DNA of 64,000 nucleotides from an uncultured Chlamydiae bacterium (GTDB lineage Bacteria; Chlamydiota; Chlamydiia; Chlamydiales; JAJFMB01): NCBI GenBank assembly GCA_963697995.1, contig OY969110.1, positions 359,404 to 423,403 of the forward strand, read 5' to 3'. Shown piece by piece: positions 17,638 to 27,625 of this stretch (position 1 is its first letter; each line of letters starts with the position of its first letter). The notes under the pieces were generated by a model. It saw only the letters and a program-made list of their open reading frames with translations, ran no database searches and was not told where the DNA came from. The position numbers and the translations under genes were made by a program.

Positions 17638-20600
17638 AAAGATGCGAGCTCAATATTTTGTGCGCTTTTCCTTTTTCCAAAAGTGCCCACCATAATCGTA
17701 ATCTCCTCTTTCCTAAAGTCTCCATAATTAGAGATCACGACTTTCACCACCTCTTCCACTTGAGGACCATTAGAGGCTGGATTAATCCTCAGCTTGTTTT
17801 CACTTGAGTCATGTATTAACCAATGGGGAAGAGAGTGACCTCCAGCAATAGGGGTGTCCCAAATAAAAGCCTCCCACCATTTAGGTTTGTCAGCTGAATC
17901 GGGTCTTCCTATATACGATTTCACCGCCTTGGTTTCCTCTTTCGGAGTGCTGATCGGTACAACTAAAGTCGTATTTCCCACTTCAATTTTTTTCCTAATA
18001 TAAGTGCGTCTTTTTATCATGAAAGGATTCAAAAATACTCCTCTCTTCTTATACCAACCAACCATGGCCAAGAATAAGCCAAAAATTGTACCTGCAGCTT
18101 TTAATAGGGAATCTGTCGTAGAGGTTCCCGATACTGTGATATCAAAACTTGTCGAGGTGTTTAATATCCCATCCGTAGCAATCACCTGAACCTTGAATGT
18201 CATCGGGGTAAACGTCCCAATATCATTTTGCCCAGGAACCCCTGAAACCGATTGAGTCTTAGGATTCCAATTCAACCAGGCAGGAGGTTGTTCTACACTG
18301 ATGGTTAAGGGATCACCTGTCGGGCTGTAGAAAACGTTGGGGATTGGAAAAAAGAAAGCTTGTCCTACAACTGCTTGTTGCGATGCAATATAACCGCTCA
18401 CTTGAGGAGCGACCTCATTTTGCACCAAAAGTTTTAAATCAGTCGTGGCCTCTCCTCCCCTACCATCTGATGCCGTAACTGTTAATGTGGTCACACCAAG
18501 ATCAAAGCTAGTCGGTACCCCCGTTAAAACGCCTTGTGGAGTAAAAGATAAAGAACTCGGAAGATTCGAAATCGAGTACGTCAAAGAGTGACCATCAAGA
18601 TCGATAAACGTTCCTGCTGGTATCTTGTAATTAAGGCTTGCCCCCACTTTACAAGATATTTGAGGCAAAAGATTTTGAACTAAGGGAGCATTATCGACAT
18701 ACAATTCAAAAAACGTCACCGCTTCCCCCGTTGGAGCAGTTGCTAAGACCGCAATCGAATAATTGCCGGCATCGGAGGTTTGGGGTGTCCCACTAAAGGT
18801 GGCCGAATTTGAATTAAACGTCAAAAAGGGAACGAGAGGTGATCCGTCTGCCATAGTGGCTGTTAACTCGATCGGATCATTATTCGGATCCATAAAGGTG
18901 TTTGAAGGAATATACTTTTGATACAAAAGATGCGTTAGTGCGATATCATCTGCTAAACTATGTGCAGGAACTGGAGGACCTTCAACGCGCAAAGTAAGTG
19001 AGCCGGTTGTCACCGTTCCAAAGGGCGTTTGAGCTGAAACATCGATGTTAAAATTCCCAGCTGTTGGAGCCTTCCCATAAAGACGCCAAACAAGATCGCT
19101 TGTATTAATATTTAAGGCTGCAATCCCTTCACTTGAAATCCCTGCCACGAGTGTTTCCCCTTGAATGAAAAGATCAGCCGCGCTTCCACCAGTGCTATAC
19201 GTTCCAATCAAACGAAGTTCGGGCAAATAAGTGGCATCGTAGAGTTGAACTCCAAGGCCACCCACTGCGACATAAAGAATATTATTGTTTAAAATGAGGT
19301 TATTCACTACCGTTAAAGGAATAAAATTAACATCGACAAGATTTGTGGGCACTGCAGCATTCATAATTCTAATACCTGAAGCTTCAGCAAACATGATAAA
19401 ATTTCCAGCTTTTATTAAAGGAGATCCCTCAAAAACAACTGTATTAATACCATTTATTGGTATTTGTGAAAGAAGTTTAATATTTGTAGGACTGGAAAGA
19501 TCTAAAATAGTTAGCTGATTATTTCCTGTCACATAAGCAATTTGTTGGTCATCGACATAAATCGTTCCAACTGCAATATTAAAATACCCCCCTAAATAGG
19601 CAGGAGCTGATGGATTTGTCACACTGTAAAGCATTAATCCGGTTGTCGGCGTCAAGCTATAGCCTGCGTGAACCACACCTACACAAAGAATACTATTTTT
19701 AACAAAGGCAGTAACGACATATTGACTATTCGGAATGTTTGATAACAAAACAGGGTTTGAGGGATTTGAGGGGCTATAAATACTCAAACCATTTGTTCCC
19801 AATGAGGCATAGAGATTGGTTCCATCGAAAAAGAGATCCCAAATATACAAAGGCATTTTATTGACCAATACTGGTGCATTCACATTAGTAAAATCACATA
19901 TGACGAGATTAGACCAATAATCGACTCCATAAACTATATTGCCATTCATTTTCAGACGAACAATTTGTCCGATATTTGTTAAACTACCAAGTTCTACAAG
20001 TTGAACCTGATAATTTAAAAAACTGGGGGCATTAAAACGAATAAGCAAAGGGTTTGCGCAAGAGAAATAATTGCTCGGAACAAAGTTCCATTGAAACGTT
20101 TGGGATGGATTAGGAGTTGTTGAAAGAGTCGGAAAAGGGGCAATAATTAGGGGTGTTTGGTCAACTGTTAAAGAAAAGGGGTAAGATGAAACGATATTTC
20201 CCCCCTCTTTCACGCTCAAAACAAGATTTTCATTTCCTTCGGCAGAAGATTGAGGTATCCCTTGAAGAGAGGCTGCTAATTTGTTGATGGGAACCGCATC
20301 AATCCTATTTGAAGAAATGACATAAGCCACGTTATTTTCAACAGCAACACCCTGAGAAATCGATCCTAATGGCAAAGAGCCTGCAAGGTTTAAATTTTGA
20401 GGGGAAGAGTAATCTACAATTCTAAGACCCGATTCAGAATCGGCAAAAAAAGCATAATCGTCATTCACAAACCAACCATTTGGTTTTGTCACCTGCAAAC
20501 TTCCCAAAGGGGAAGGTGAAAGAGGATTTTGAAGATTATAAACCTGCACTAAAGTATTCGTATCCCCGGTTCCTAAAAAAAGAAGCTGTTTATGAATGGC

Positions 20601-21269
20601 AAACCATCGGGGTCTACCATTTGTGGGAATAATTTTCTGAACGACAGGTGCCCTCAAATTAGTTGTATTTACAACAACAAGCCCCTGATTAATACTTAGG
20701 GCATAAAAGACACTACTATTGTAAAAACCAATTCCACTGATCTCCGAAAGAGAGGGCACTTGTCCAATAAGAGTGATGTTACCAGGATTTAATGCATTAT
20801 AAAACTGCAATCCTACGACACCGTAAGCTGAAGAGGCTGTTGCAAGAATCCCCTGATTCCATGTAATACCCGTGATAGAAGGGGTAGAATAACTACCTAA
20901 AAGTGTGGGTGAGTTGGGATGACTCACATTAAAAGCCAAAATCCCATCCACCGCATCCGCTACAAAAACAGTATTATTTTGCCCAAAGCAAATGTCTAAT
21001 GCAACAGGGGTCGAGTAGTTTCCTATCTGAACTGGTGCTGAAAGGTTGGTAAAGTCAGAAATGACAAGTCCTTGACCTTGATCTGCGCAATAAACTATCC
21101 CTTGGGAAACAACTCCTTTACTTCCAGCCACCAAAGGCAAACTTGCAACAGACTCAAGGTTTAACTGAAGGCTTAACCAATTTGGGGGTTGAGTGCCACC
21201 GGCGCTCTGTAACGAAAGAGATTGAGAATTGTTTAAGCTTAAATGGGGGAAAAGAGACGCAATATTCAA
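17634..21269 (-). CDS. Large membrane-anchored surface protein: two LVIVD-repeat beta-propeller blocks, three dystroglycan-type cadherin-like (CADG/He_PIG) domains, a TM helix and a ~190-aa tail
   Basis: LVIVD-type repeats include GLVISDFTNLSAPVQIGNYSTP, GILAFNVSHPNSPTLLGSYSTP, GLRIVDYSSPQNLNLAGSL and LVICDFTNVNAPVLV. CADG-like units include LTFNSNSATFSGTPQTSDAGNYSIAVLA, LSFTPQGVLTGVPTSFDLGVTTLTVTASDGRGG and WLNWNPKTQSVSGVPGQNDIGTF. The TM helix is AAGTIFGLFLAMVGWYKKR. The start codon is TTG and is uncertain. Confidence 0.7.
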   Translation of the reverse strand: MNIASLFPHLSLNNSQSLSLQSAGGTQPPNWLSLQLNLESVASLPLVAGSKGVVSQGIVYCADQGQGLVISDFTNLSAPVQIGNYSTPVALDICFGQNNTVFVADAVDGILAFNVSHPNSPTLLGSYSTPSITGITWNQGILATASSAYGVVGLQFYNALNPGNITLIGQVPSLSEISGIGFYNSSVFYALSINQGLVVVNTTNLRAPVVQKIIPTNGRPRWFAIHKQLLFLGTGDTNTLVQVYNLQNPLSPSPLGSLQVTKPNGWFVNDDYAFFADSESGLRIVDYSSPQNLNLAGSLPLGSISQGVAVENNVAYVISSNRIDAVPINKLAASLQGIPQSSAEGNENLVLSVKEGGNIVSSYPFSLTVDQTPLIIAPFPTLSTTPNPSQTFQWNFVPSNYFSCANPLLIRFNAPSFLNYQVQLVELGSLTNIGQIVRLKMNGNIVYGVDYWSNLVICDFTNVNAPVLVNKMPLYIWDLFFDGTNLYASLGTNGLSIYSPSNPSNPVLLSNIPNSQYVVTAFVKNSILCVGVVHAGYSLTPTTGLMLYSVTNPSAPAYLGGYFNIAVGTIYVDDQQIAYVTGNNQLTILDLSSPTNIKLLSQIPINGINTVVFEGSPLIKAGNFIMFAEASGIRIMNAAVPTNLVDVNFIPLTVVNNLILNNNILYVAVGGLGVQLYDATYLPELRLIGTYSTGGSAADLFIQGETLVAGISSEGIAALNINTSDLVWRLYGKAPTAGNFNIDVSAQTPFGTVTTGSLTLRVEGPPVPAHSLADDIALTHLLYQKYIPSNTFMDPNNDPIELTATMADGSPLVPFLTFNSNSATFSGTPQTSDAGNYSIAVLATAPTGEAVTFFELYVDNAPLVQNLLPQISCKVGASLNYKIPAGTFIDLDGHSLTYSISNLPSSLSFTPQGVLTGVPTSFDLGVTTLTVTASDGRGGEATTDLKLLVQNEVAPQVSGYIASQQAVVGQAFFFPIPNVFYSPTGDPLTISVEQPPAWLNWNPKTQSVSGVPGQNDIGTFTPMTFKVQVIATDGILNTSTSFDITVSGTSTTDSLLKAAGTIFGLFLAMVGWYKKRGVFLNPFMIKRRTYIRKKIEVGNTTLVVPISTPKEETKAVKSYIGRPDSADKPKWWEAFIWDTPIAGGHSLPHWLIHDSSENKLRINPASNGPQVEEVVKVVISNYGDFRKEEITIMVGTFGKRKSAQNIELASF

Positions 21270-21307
21270 GTTATAATCAAAAAGGGCATTGATCTCGACC
21301 TCCTGAT

Positions 21308-22024
21308 TTAAATCCGGAACAGGTACTGTCGTGTTCCCCCCCTTCTTAAGAAGTGTTCTGGAAAGGAAACTGCTTGAACTCCGGGAAAAGTAACACGTGC
21401 ACCGAACCTTCCCAAAAGAGAGGCGGCCGAAAGAACCAAAAAACCTACAGCGAACTCCTTACCAGTTGAAGAGGAAGCCTTCTCTTCTTTAGGAGTCTGT
21501 TTAAAGAGGTAATCGATCATGAGTTGAAGATCGAGTTTTATCTCCTTAAACTCCCCTTCAAAACGGTGTCTATTCTCGTAAAGAATCGCATCCCCTTTAT
21601 TTTTCAGAACTCCGTTTTTAAAAAGGGCTAGTTTTAACTGATAAAGCTTTCCCCCCTTCCATCTTTTTTGAACACGAGTAAAGTCAACCGACTCAAAAGT
21701 TGAAAAGAGGCTATCTTTTATACTATTTTCAGAGACTTCAGACACCTCTCCAAGAAGACTTCCCTTAAAGTAATGATCGGTACCGTTTAATTTCACATGG
21801 CGGAAAATAAGGGTATCCCGAGAACTCTCGACAAAGGCAAAGCCCGATTCCTTCAAACTTAAAATAAATTCGGATCCGGTTTGTTTTGAAGAGAAAAAAG
21901 TGGTTATAGAATTTAAAGTAGGGTCCAAACACCTTTTAAATAGTGAAGTGATTTCAGATCCTTTGTTAGATAAAGGGTTGAAACCTTTACCTAAAGTCGA
22001 AACATCAAACCCAAAGATTTGCAT
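21308..22024 (-). CDS. Hypothetical protein with C-terminal hydrophobic segment
   Basis: 238-aa ORF with no recognisable family motif. It has a hydrophobic stretch FAVGFLVLSAASLLGRFGA near the C-terminus. Confidence 0.45.
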   Translation of the reverse strand: MQIFGFDVSTLGKGFNPLSNKGSEITSLFKRCLDPTLNSITTFFSSKQTGSEFILSLKESGFAFVESSRDTLIFRHVKLNGTDHYFKGSLLGEVSEVSENSIKDSLFSTFESVDFTRVQKRWKGGKLYQLKLALFKNGVLKNKGDAILYENRHRFEGEFKEIKLDLQLMIDYLFKQTPKEEKASSSTGKEFAVGFLVLSAASLLGRFGARVTFPGVQAVSFPEHFLRRGGTRQYLFRI

Positions 22025-22092
22025 TGAAAACCTCCTTTAAGAAAAAACAGCCGCTATTGAAAACCTTTTTTAAAAAATTGTCAACCGTTTTT

Positions 22093-22790
22093 TTAAGAAA
22101 TAGACTTAAAACAAGAGGGCTTTGGGTAAAAGAGACTTAACTCTTGGAAGAGTTTCCACAGGATCGATTTCCCTCTTTGAGATAAGCAAAAGGATAAAGG
22201 GAAGAATATCCATCCGAAAAACCATCTCGCTTTTAAACCTGCCGACCTAAACCGGTTTTCCCCCATAACCTTAAACCGGGGGCCACTTTTTCTTTAAACA
22301 ATAACTTCTTAGTGAGATTAAGAGACTTTTTTGAGGCAGGCAACTGATCCAATACCAATTTTTGAACAAATTTCACTTGCTTCTTGGAGAAATCTTCAAA
22401 GAGGAGCTTACCCAGAAAGGGTTTTCCATTTGAGGTAAACCTGAAGAGAGATCTTGAATTCCATACTCAAACAAAGTTAATATGTTTTAAAGGAACTTAA
22501 ACCTAAACGATTAGCCATCAATTTTGAATACCAACCAAATCGTGGGGTTCTTAGAAGATCTCCAAACCCCTCTTGAAACTGCCATTGAGGCGTTTCTTCA
22601 TCTACTAAAACACCTACCTCAAACCCCATTAAGCTCAAAGCGATATTGAATGAACAAGCAGGAGTCACTCTCTCTTCAAGACTTGATCCAAACTCCTTAA
22701 CAAGACACCCGTTTTTGCATCAATCACTAAGAAGTTTTCACCTCCAAAAAGCCCCATTTGAAAAAAGAAAATTAAAATGAAAAACAAGCT
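22093..22790 (-). pseudogene. Class D (OXA-like) beta-lactamase / BlaR-sensor-type penicillin-binding domain relic
   Basis: Minus-strand fragments lie in different frames, in order: GENFLVIDAKTGVLLRSLDQVLKRE; VTPACSFNIALSLMGFEVGVLVDEETPQWQF (the STFK active-site box degraded to CSFN); WYSKLMANRLGL; FWVSSSLKISP...QVKFVQKLVLDQLPASKKSLNLTKKLLF...GLRLWGKTGLG (KTG box); RWFFGWIF. There are several stops and frameshifts. Confidence 0.65.
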
Positions 22791-22911
22791 CAAAAACCCT
22801 ATAAGAAAAAAAACGTATCACTCTTTTACAACTTTTTCAAGATCAATTAAAACCCTTTAACTTAAATGAGTTTTTTGATAAATTTGCGTTTTAAAAAAAA
22901 TAGGCGATAAA

Positions 22912-23631
22912 ATGTCTTTCTCTCGTTTTCTTATATGTCTCATTTTGACAATCCCTCCTCTTTACTCAAATACTCTACCAAATCTATCAGAAGAAGAAGC
23001 AGTAAATAAATTAAAACGGATCCAATCAAAACTTGTCATCGAGGGTGGATCTTTTACCGAAGAGTATCCTGAGCAGCTCATGTCTGTCATGTTTATTTCA
23101 CCAGAAGATTGTGTTCTAGAGATTGGAGGCAATATTGGAAGAAACAGTTTGGTCATTTCAAAAATTTTAAAAAACTCAGATAACTTAGTTATTCTTGAAT
23201 CTGATCCAACAAATGCCTCAACACTTCTTGAAAACCGCAACAGAAATAAATTAAAATATTGTATCGAAAATGCATGTCTTTCCCAATCCCCTCTTTTCCA
23301 ATTGGGATGGAAAACTTACTGCCTTGAAAATGCCCCTGAAGGTGCTTTTCCTGTAAAAACAATCACTTATCAAGAATTGAAAAAGAAGTATAAGACTTCC
23401 TTTTCTGCGCTAGTTGCCGATAGTGAAGGGGCTCTCTATTACATTTTACAGGAAGATGAGACTCTCCTCGATGATGTTAGCTTAATTATTGTAGAGAACG
23501 ATTATGATGACATTACCCACTATGAGGATACTTGCTCAAAATTTATGGCTCATGGTTTTAAGTTAATTTACAATAAACCGGGTGGCTTTGCCCCTTGCTA
23601 CGATGTATTTTATCAGGTTTGGAAAAAATAG
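22912..23631 (+). CDS. FkbM-family-like SAM methyltransferase with N-terminal signal/anchor peptide
   Basis: N-terminus is MSFSRFLICLILTIPPLYSNT. The SAM-binding-like motif is CVLEIGGNIGRNSLVISKIL...LVILESDPTNASTLLENR. A later ADSEGALYYIL motif is typical of the FkbM type. Confidence 0.55.
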   Translation: MSFSRFLICLILTIPPLYSNTLPNLSEEEAVNKLKRIQSKLVIEGGSFTEEYPEQLMSVMFISPEDCVLEIGGNIGRNSLVISKILKNSDNLVILESDPTNASTLLENRNRNKLKYCIENACLSQSPLFQLGWKTYCLENAPEGAFPVKTITYQELKKKYKTSFSALVADSEGALYYILQEDETLLDDVSLIIVENDYDDITHYEDTCSKFMAHGFKLIYNKPGGFAPCYDVFYQVWKK

Positions 23632-23635
23632 AGTA

Positions 23636-24349
23636 CTAGTTTAAAAATTTACCGATGTTTAAACCGAACTCTTGTGACTTTGATGCATCAAAGCTTTCAA
23701 CGAGTGCCCCTGCCTCGAAATAATGAGCATTCTCTATAATTTGACTTGAAAAAGCCATATCTTGACTTGAAATCAATAATCCTTTTCCCGACTGTTTTAG
23801 CTTTAAAATGATTTGAATTAAGAGACTTGTGTTAATAGGATCTAAAGCTGAGGTGGGTTCATCGAAGATAAGAAAGGAAGGACCTAAAACTAAAGCTCTT
23901 GCTATTGCCACTCTTTGTTTTTGCCCTTGAGAAAGTTCATGTGGAAAGGCCTTGGCTAAAGAAGAAACATCTAAAGAGTCAAAGATCTCTTCCACTTTTT
24001 TTGTAAGAGTGTTTGGTGACTGCCTAAAGAGAACTTTTGGAACAATTAAACAGTTATCCATCACACTCATATGAGGAAATAAGGCAAAACTTTGGGAAAC
24101 AAAACCAATCAAAGAGCATCTTATTGCAGGCGTCAATAACGATAAATCTTTTTCCTCAAAACAAATACGGCCTGTATACTCTGTTTCAATTTGGGTAATA
24201 CACCGAAGAAGAGAGGTTTTTCCAGATCCACTTTTACCAAGAAGCAAAGTGATCCCCTCTTTTGGAATATTGATAGAAACATTTTTCAAAATGGGATGAG
24301 AAGCTCCCCTTGTTTTTTTTGTGAGAAACAATTTTTTTATACTTAACAT
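23636..24349 (-). CDS. Polar amino-acid ABC transporter, ATP-binding protein
   Basis: Walker A GKSGSGKTS, signature LSQGQKQRVAIARAL, Walker B LIFDEPTSALD. Confidence 0.85.
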   Translation of the reverse strand: MLSIKKLFLTKKTRGASHPILKNVSINIPKEGITLLLGKSGSGKTSLLRCITQIETEYTGRICFEEKDLSLLTPAIRCSLIGFVSQSFALFPHMSVMDNCLIVPKVLFRQSPNTLTKKVEEIFDSLDVSSLAKAFPHELSQGQKQRVAIARALVLGPSFLIFDEPTSALDPINTSLLIQIILKLKQSGKGLLISSQDMAFSSQIIENAHYFEAGALVESFDASKSQEFGLNIGKFLN

Positions 24350-25002
24350 GAAAGATATCTCTCCACTCTTCTTGCGACAAGGCTTAAAAGGCCAGACATC
24401 AAAAGATAAATTGCAGCGACAGCTAAATAAATCGGTATTGGTTCTAACTCTCTGGCTACAATATTCATCCCCATACGCGTTAATTCAAGCATCCCAATCG
24501 AAGAAACAATCGCTGTGCTTTTTAAAAGGGCATCGATCTCATTATTCAATGAGGGGAGAACTAAGCGAACCATTTGAGGTAAAATCACATAGCGTAGAGT
24601 CAAAGGGGTATTCAACCCAAGTACAAAAGCGGCTTCCCATTGAGAAACAGCAATTGCATTTAAAGAGCCTCGAACAATTTGCGCAACATATCCCGATGAA
24701 CACATCCCAAGAGCTACAACTGAAGCTGGAAAAAGATCCACATGATACCCTACAAGGTCTGGTAAAACATAATAGACAATCAAGAGTTGCACAAAAAAGG
24801 GCACCCCTCTTAAAACAAATGTCACCCCTTCGATAAAGGGTGAAATAGCAAAAATCTTTAATCTCTCACAACTCAATACCCCAAAAAAAGTGCCAAGAGT
24901 AAAACTCCATATCATGGACAAAAAAAACAGTTTTAAGGTCATCAAGGCGCCTGAAAGCAGCAAGGGAAACGATTCTAAAAGCAAATGAAAGTGGTCATTC
25001 AT
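24343..25002 (-). CDS. Polar amino-acid ABC transporter permease (His/Glu/Gln/Arg/opine family)
   Basis: Polytopic 219-aa protein with the EAA-loop-like sequence SQWEAAFVLGLNTPLTLRYVILPQ. It overlaps both neighbouring genes in an operon-like arrangement. Confidence 0.8.
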   Translation of the reverse strand: MNDHFHLLLESFPLLLSGALMTLKLFFLSMIWSFTLGTFFGVLSCERLKIFAISPFIEGVTFVLRGVPFFVQLLIVYYVLPDLVGYHVDLFPASVVALGMCSSGYVAQIVRGSLNAIAVSQWEAAFVLGLNTPLTLRYVILPQMVRLVLPSLNNEIDALLKSTAIVSSIGMLELTRMGMNIVARELEPIPIYLAVAAIYLLMSGLLSLVARRVERYLSC

Positions 25003-25754
25003 TAAGGCTCAAGACCCCATTTCTTTTCAAGTTCCGCTATTTTCCCTTCAGCCTTCATTTCATCAACCGCCTGATACACAAATGAGGTCATTTCTAAATT
25101 TTCTTTAGCAACACAAACCCCAAGGCCTAAAACTTGATGACTTTTAGGTATTGAGAGCTTAAGCACTTTAAGATCTGGAAACTTAAGTTGATAAATTGCA
25201 ACAAGAGTTTGATCCAAAAGAGCTCCAAAAGACTTTCCAAATTTCAGATCTAATATAACATCTGTGATTTTGTCCATTGTTTTGATATTTAAATTAGGAA
25301 TCGACCTCAAAAGCTCTTCTTGAGAGGTTCCCACTTCACAGACAAATACTTTTGAGGGATCTTTAGATAAATCTTCAAGACAGGTCACATCTTGAGGAAC
25401 CGTTTTCCAAAAAACAAAGGGTACTGTATCAATTGGTTTGCCTTGATAATGGACCATATTCAGTTTCTCAAGCCGTTTTCCCGTAATGGAAACTGCCCAA
25501 ATAAGAAGATCGATTTTCCCTTGATTTAAAGCCATCATAAGACCTGGCATCCCTCCAAAATCTTTGATAACAAGCCTGCAATTCATTTTTTTGGCAAGTT
25601 CTCTTGAAAAATCGATATCAAACCCTTCATACTCCCCGCTTGAATTGATACTGACAAATGGGGCAAATCCACTCGTTGTCCCTACGATAATTTTTTCCAA
25701 AGAGAAAAGAGGACCATTTAGAGTAAGTAAAAAAAAAGAGAATAAAACTTTCAC
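25002..25754 (-). CDS. Amino-acid ABC transporter substrate-binding protein (ArtJ/family 3 type)
   Basis: A signal peptide is followed by IIVGTTSGFAPFVSINSSGEYEGFDIDFSRELAKKM...DLLIWAVSITGKR. I prefer the GTG start at 25754 (VKVLFSFFLL, GGAG 6 nt upstream) because the longer ORF-track start at 25829 would overlap msrBA. Confidence 0.75.
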   Translation of the reverse strand: MKVLFSFFLLTLNGPLFSLEKIIVGTTSGFAPFVSINSSGEYEGFDIDFSRELAKKMNCRLVIKDFGGMPGLMMALNQGKIDLLIWAVSITGKRLEKLNMVHYQGKPIDTVPFVFWKTVPQDVTCLEDLSKDPSKVFVCEVGTSQEELLRSIPNLNIKTMDKITDVILDLKFGKSFGALLDQTLVAIYQLKFPDLKVLKLSIPKSHQVLGLGVCVAKENLEMTSFVYQAVDEMKAEGKIAELEKKWGLEP

Positions 25755-25777
25755 AAAAAGCTCCTTTTTTTTTGCAA

Positions 25778-26710
25778 TCAGATGTTTCCCCAAATCTCTT
25801 TTAAACGCTTCTTTCGACCACTTCCACAACTATACTCTTCATACCTTAAAGGGTTTTTTGATGCAAAAGACTGATGAACCTCTTCAGCCTTATAAAAGGT
25901 GGATCTGTCTAAAATAGGCACGTGAAGCATTACACCTAATTTTTTCTCAATGTCTGCTTTGGAAGCTATAGCTGCCTTTCTTTGAGTCTCCCCTTGAGTA
26001 AAAATGGCTGTCTCATACGAAAACCCCCTATCGTAAAATTGCCCTCCCTGATCAAAGGGATCTATATTTTTCCAAAAGAGCTCTAAAAGGTTATCGTAGG
26101 ACACTTTATTTGGATCAAAACTCACTAAGACAGCCTCCCGATACCCTGTGTGATCCTGATAGGTAGGATTTAGCTTTGTTCCCCCTGCATAGCCACTTAC
26201 CACACTCACCCCCCTTAAACCCTTAAAAGCCTCTTCTGCACACCAAAAACACCCCATCGCAAAGAGAGCTTCCTCAATTTTCACTTCCTTACCTAAAGGG
26301 ATAAAGTTTAGAGCCACCGAATTCATGCAGTATCTTTTCCCCGTAGGATTCGGCCCATCCTCAAATACGTGCCCTAAATGGGACCCACACCTCGTACACA
26401 AAACCTCTGTACGGCACCCCCCAAAAAAACCTCTTTTCAAATCCTCTTCATCAGGTTTCTCCTCAACAGCGCCTTCAAGAGGCTGATAAAAACTTGGCCA
26501 TCCCGATCCCGAATCGTACTTTGTTTCTGAGGAAAAAAGGGGGAAATCTCCTCCACAAGCGGCACAATAATAGGTTCCCCTCTCATAAAACTTGTCGTAT
26601 CGCCCACTTCCCGCCCTCTCAGTCCCCTTGAAGCGGCATACATAAAGAGTCTCTTCATCTAAATGCTTTTTCCAAAACTCCTCCGACTGGCTTTTATAAT
26701 CAAATCCCAT
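25778..26710 (-). CDS. msrBA: Bifunctional methionine sulfoxide reductase MsrB-MsrA fusion
   Basis: The N-terminal MsrB part has [28 protein letters not shown]...[16 protein letters not shown]...RYCMNS. The C-terminal MsrA part has [26 protein letters not shown]...NPTYQD...GYREAV. Confidence 0.9.
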   Translation of the reverse strand: MGFDYKSQSEEFWKKHLDEETLYVCRFKGTERAGSGRYDKFYERGTYYCAACGGDFPLFSSETKYDSGSGWPSFYQPLEGAVEEKPDEEDLKRGFFGGCRTEVLCTRCGSHLGHVFEDGPNPTGKRYCMNSVALNFIPLGKEVKIEEALFAMGCFWCAEEAFKGLRGVSVVSGYAGGTKLNPTYQDHTGYREAVLVSFDPNKVSYDNLLELFWKNIDPFDQGGQFYDRGFSYETAIFTQGETQRKAAIASKADIEKKLGVMLHVPILDRSTFYKAEEVHQSFASKNPLRYEEYSCGSGRKKRLKEIWGNI

Positions 26711-26711
26711 C

Positions 26712-27494
26712 TTATTTATCCCAATTAAGCGTTATATCAAATCCCTCTTCATCTAAAAGCTTTTGAAGCCTCTGATTGTGGGATCGATAAAACCTCTCCA
26801 GAACCACTCTTGTAGCCTTGTTTAACACCAACTCCTTATTTACTCCCTCATTTTTTATGGGAAAAGAGGCGTGCTTGTAGGGAGGAAGCTGTAAAAACTC
26901 ATAAATTCTATCCATCGTTTCCTGCGTATTTTTAAAAAAATCTTCCGAAATTAAGATCAAAATCTGCTCTTTTGGGAATTTTTTGAGCCATTGTTCCAAA
27001 TGGTGAGCATAAAAACCCCTTTGCAAAAGAGGCAAATCCACTTCATTATTTTCATCAAATAATAATTTAAACTCGTCATTGAGATGTTCTTCAAACGATC
27101 TGCCACTTTTTGTAAAAAGATGTTGCTTGTAGTGAGAGAACGCCCTTTCAACAGGATTGCGAAGAAGCAGAATTAGCTTAACCTCTGGAAAGAGTTGTTT
27201 GACTCGGCCTGGTACAAAATCTCTCACAAAATATCTTGGCGTCACATCCCCCGATAAAGGAAATCCTTGACTATTTTTTTTCGGAAATTTTTCGTTGTAA
27301 GCTTTTACCCCTTCATTGAACCTCTCGTCAAAAAAATGAAGCTCTTTTTTTTGGGGCATCTGAATTTTTGGATGAGAATTGAGGTAATCGTAAAGAGAGG
27401 TCGTCCCCCCTTTAGCAACTCCAATCACTATAAAATCTGGACCTTGAGAAAACGCTTTAACAAAAACTAAAAGAAAAAAAAAGAACTGCTTCAT
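26712..27494 (-). CDS. Sulfotransferase (eukaryote-type Sulfotransfer_1-like, PAPS-dependent) with N-terminal signal/anchor peptide
   Basis: N-terminus [17 protein letters not shown], followed by the 5'-PSB motif [18 protein letters not shown] and the 3'-PB-like motif [14 protein letters not shown]. Confidence 0.7.
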   Translation of the reverse strand: MKQFFFFLLVFVKAFSQGPDFIVIGVAKGGTTSLYDYLNSHPKIQMPQKKELHFFDERFNEGVKAYNEKFPKKNSQGFPLSGDVTPRYFVRDFVPGRVKQLFPEVKLILLLRNPVERAFSHYKQHLFTKSGRSFEEHLNDEFKLLFDENNEVDLPLLQRGFYAHHLEQWLKKFPKEQILILISEDFFKNTQETMDRIYEFLQLPPYKHASFPIKNEGVNKELVLNKATRVVLERFYRSHNQRLQKLLDEEGFDITLNWDK

Positions 27495-27625
27495 CCTAAA
27501 ACCTCGTTTAAAAGCTATTTTAAAAGAGGTTTGTATATTTGTAAAGAAAAATTAACACTCTTTCTCTATTGCAAACATTTTCAATATATTATAAAATCGT
27601 TACGTTTAATTAAAAATGGATATTT

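Noticed and set aside
24321-24836. 171-aa plus-strand ORF.
   Set aside because: It is antisense to the well-supported ABC permease gene 24343..25002 and has no motifs.
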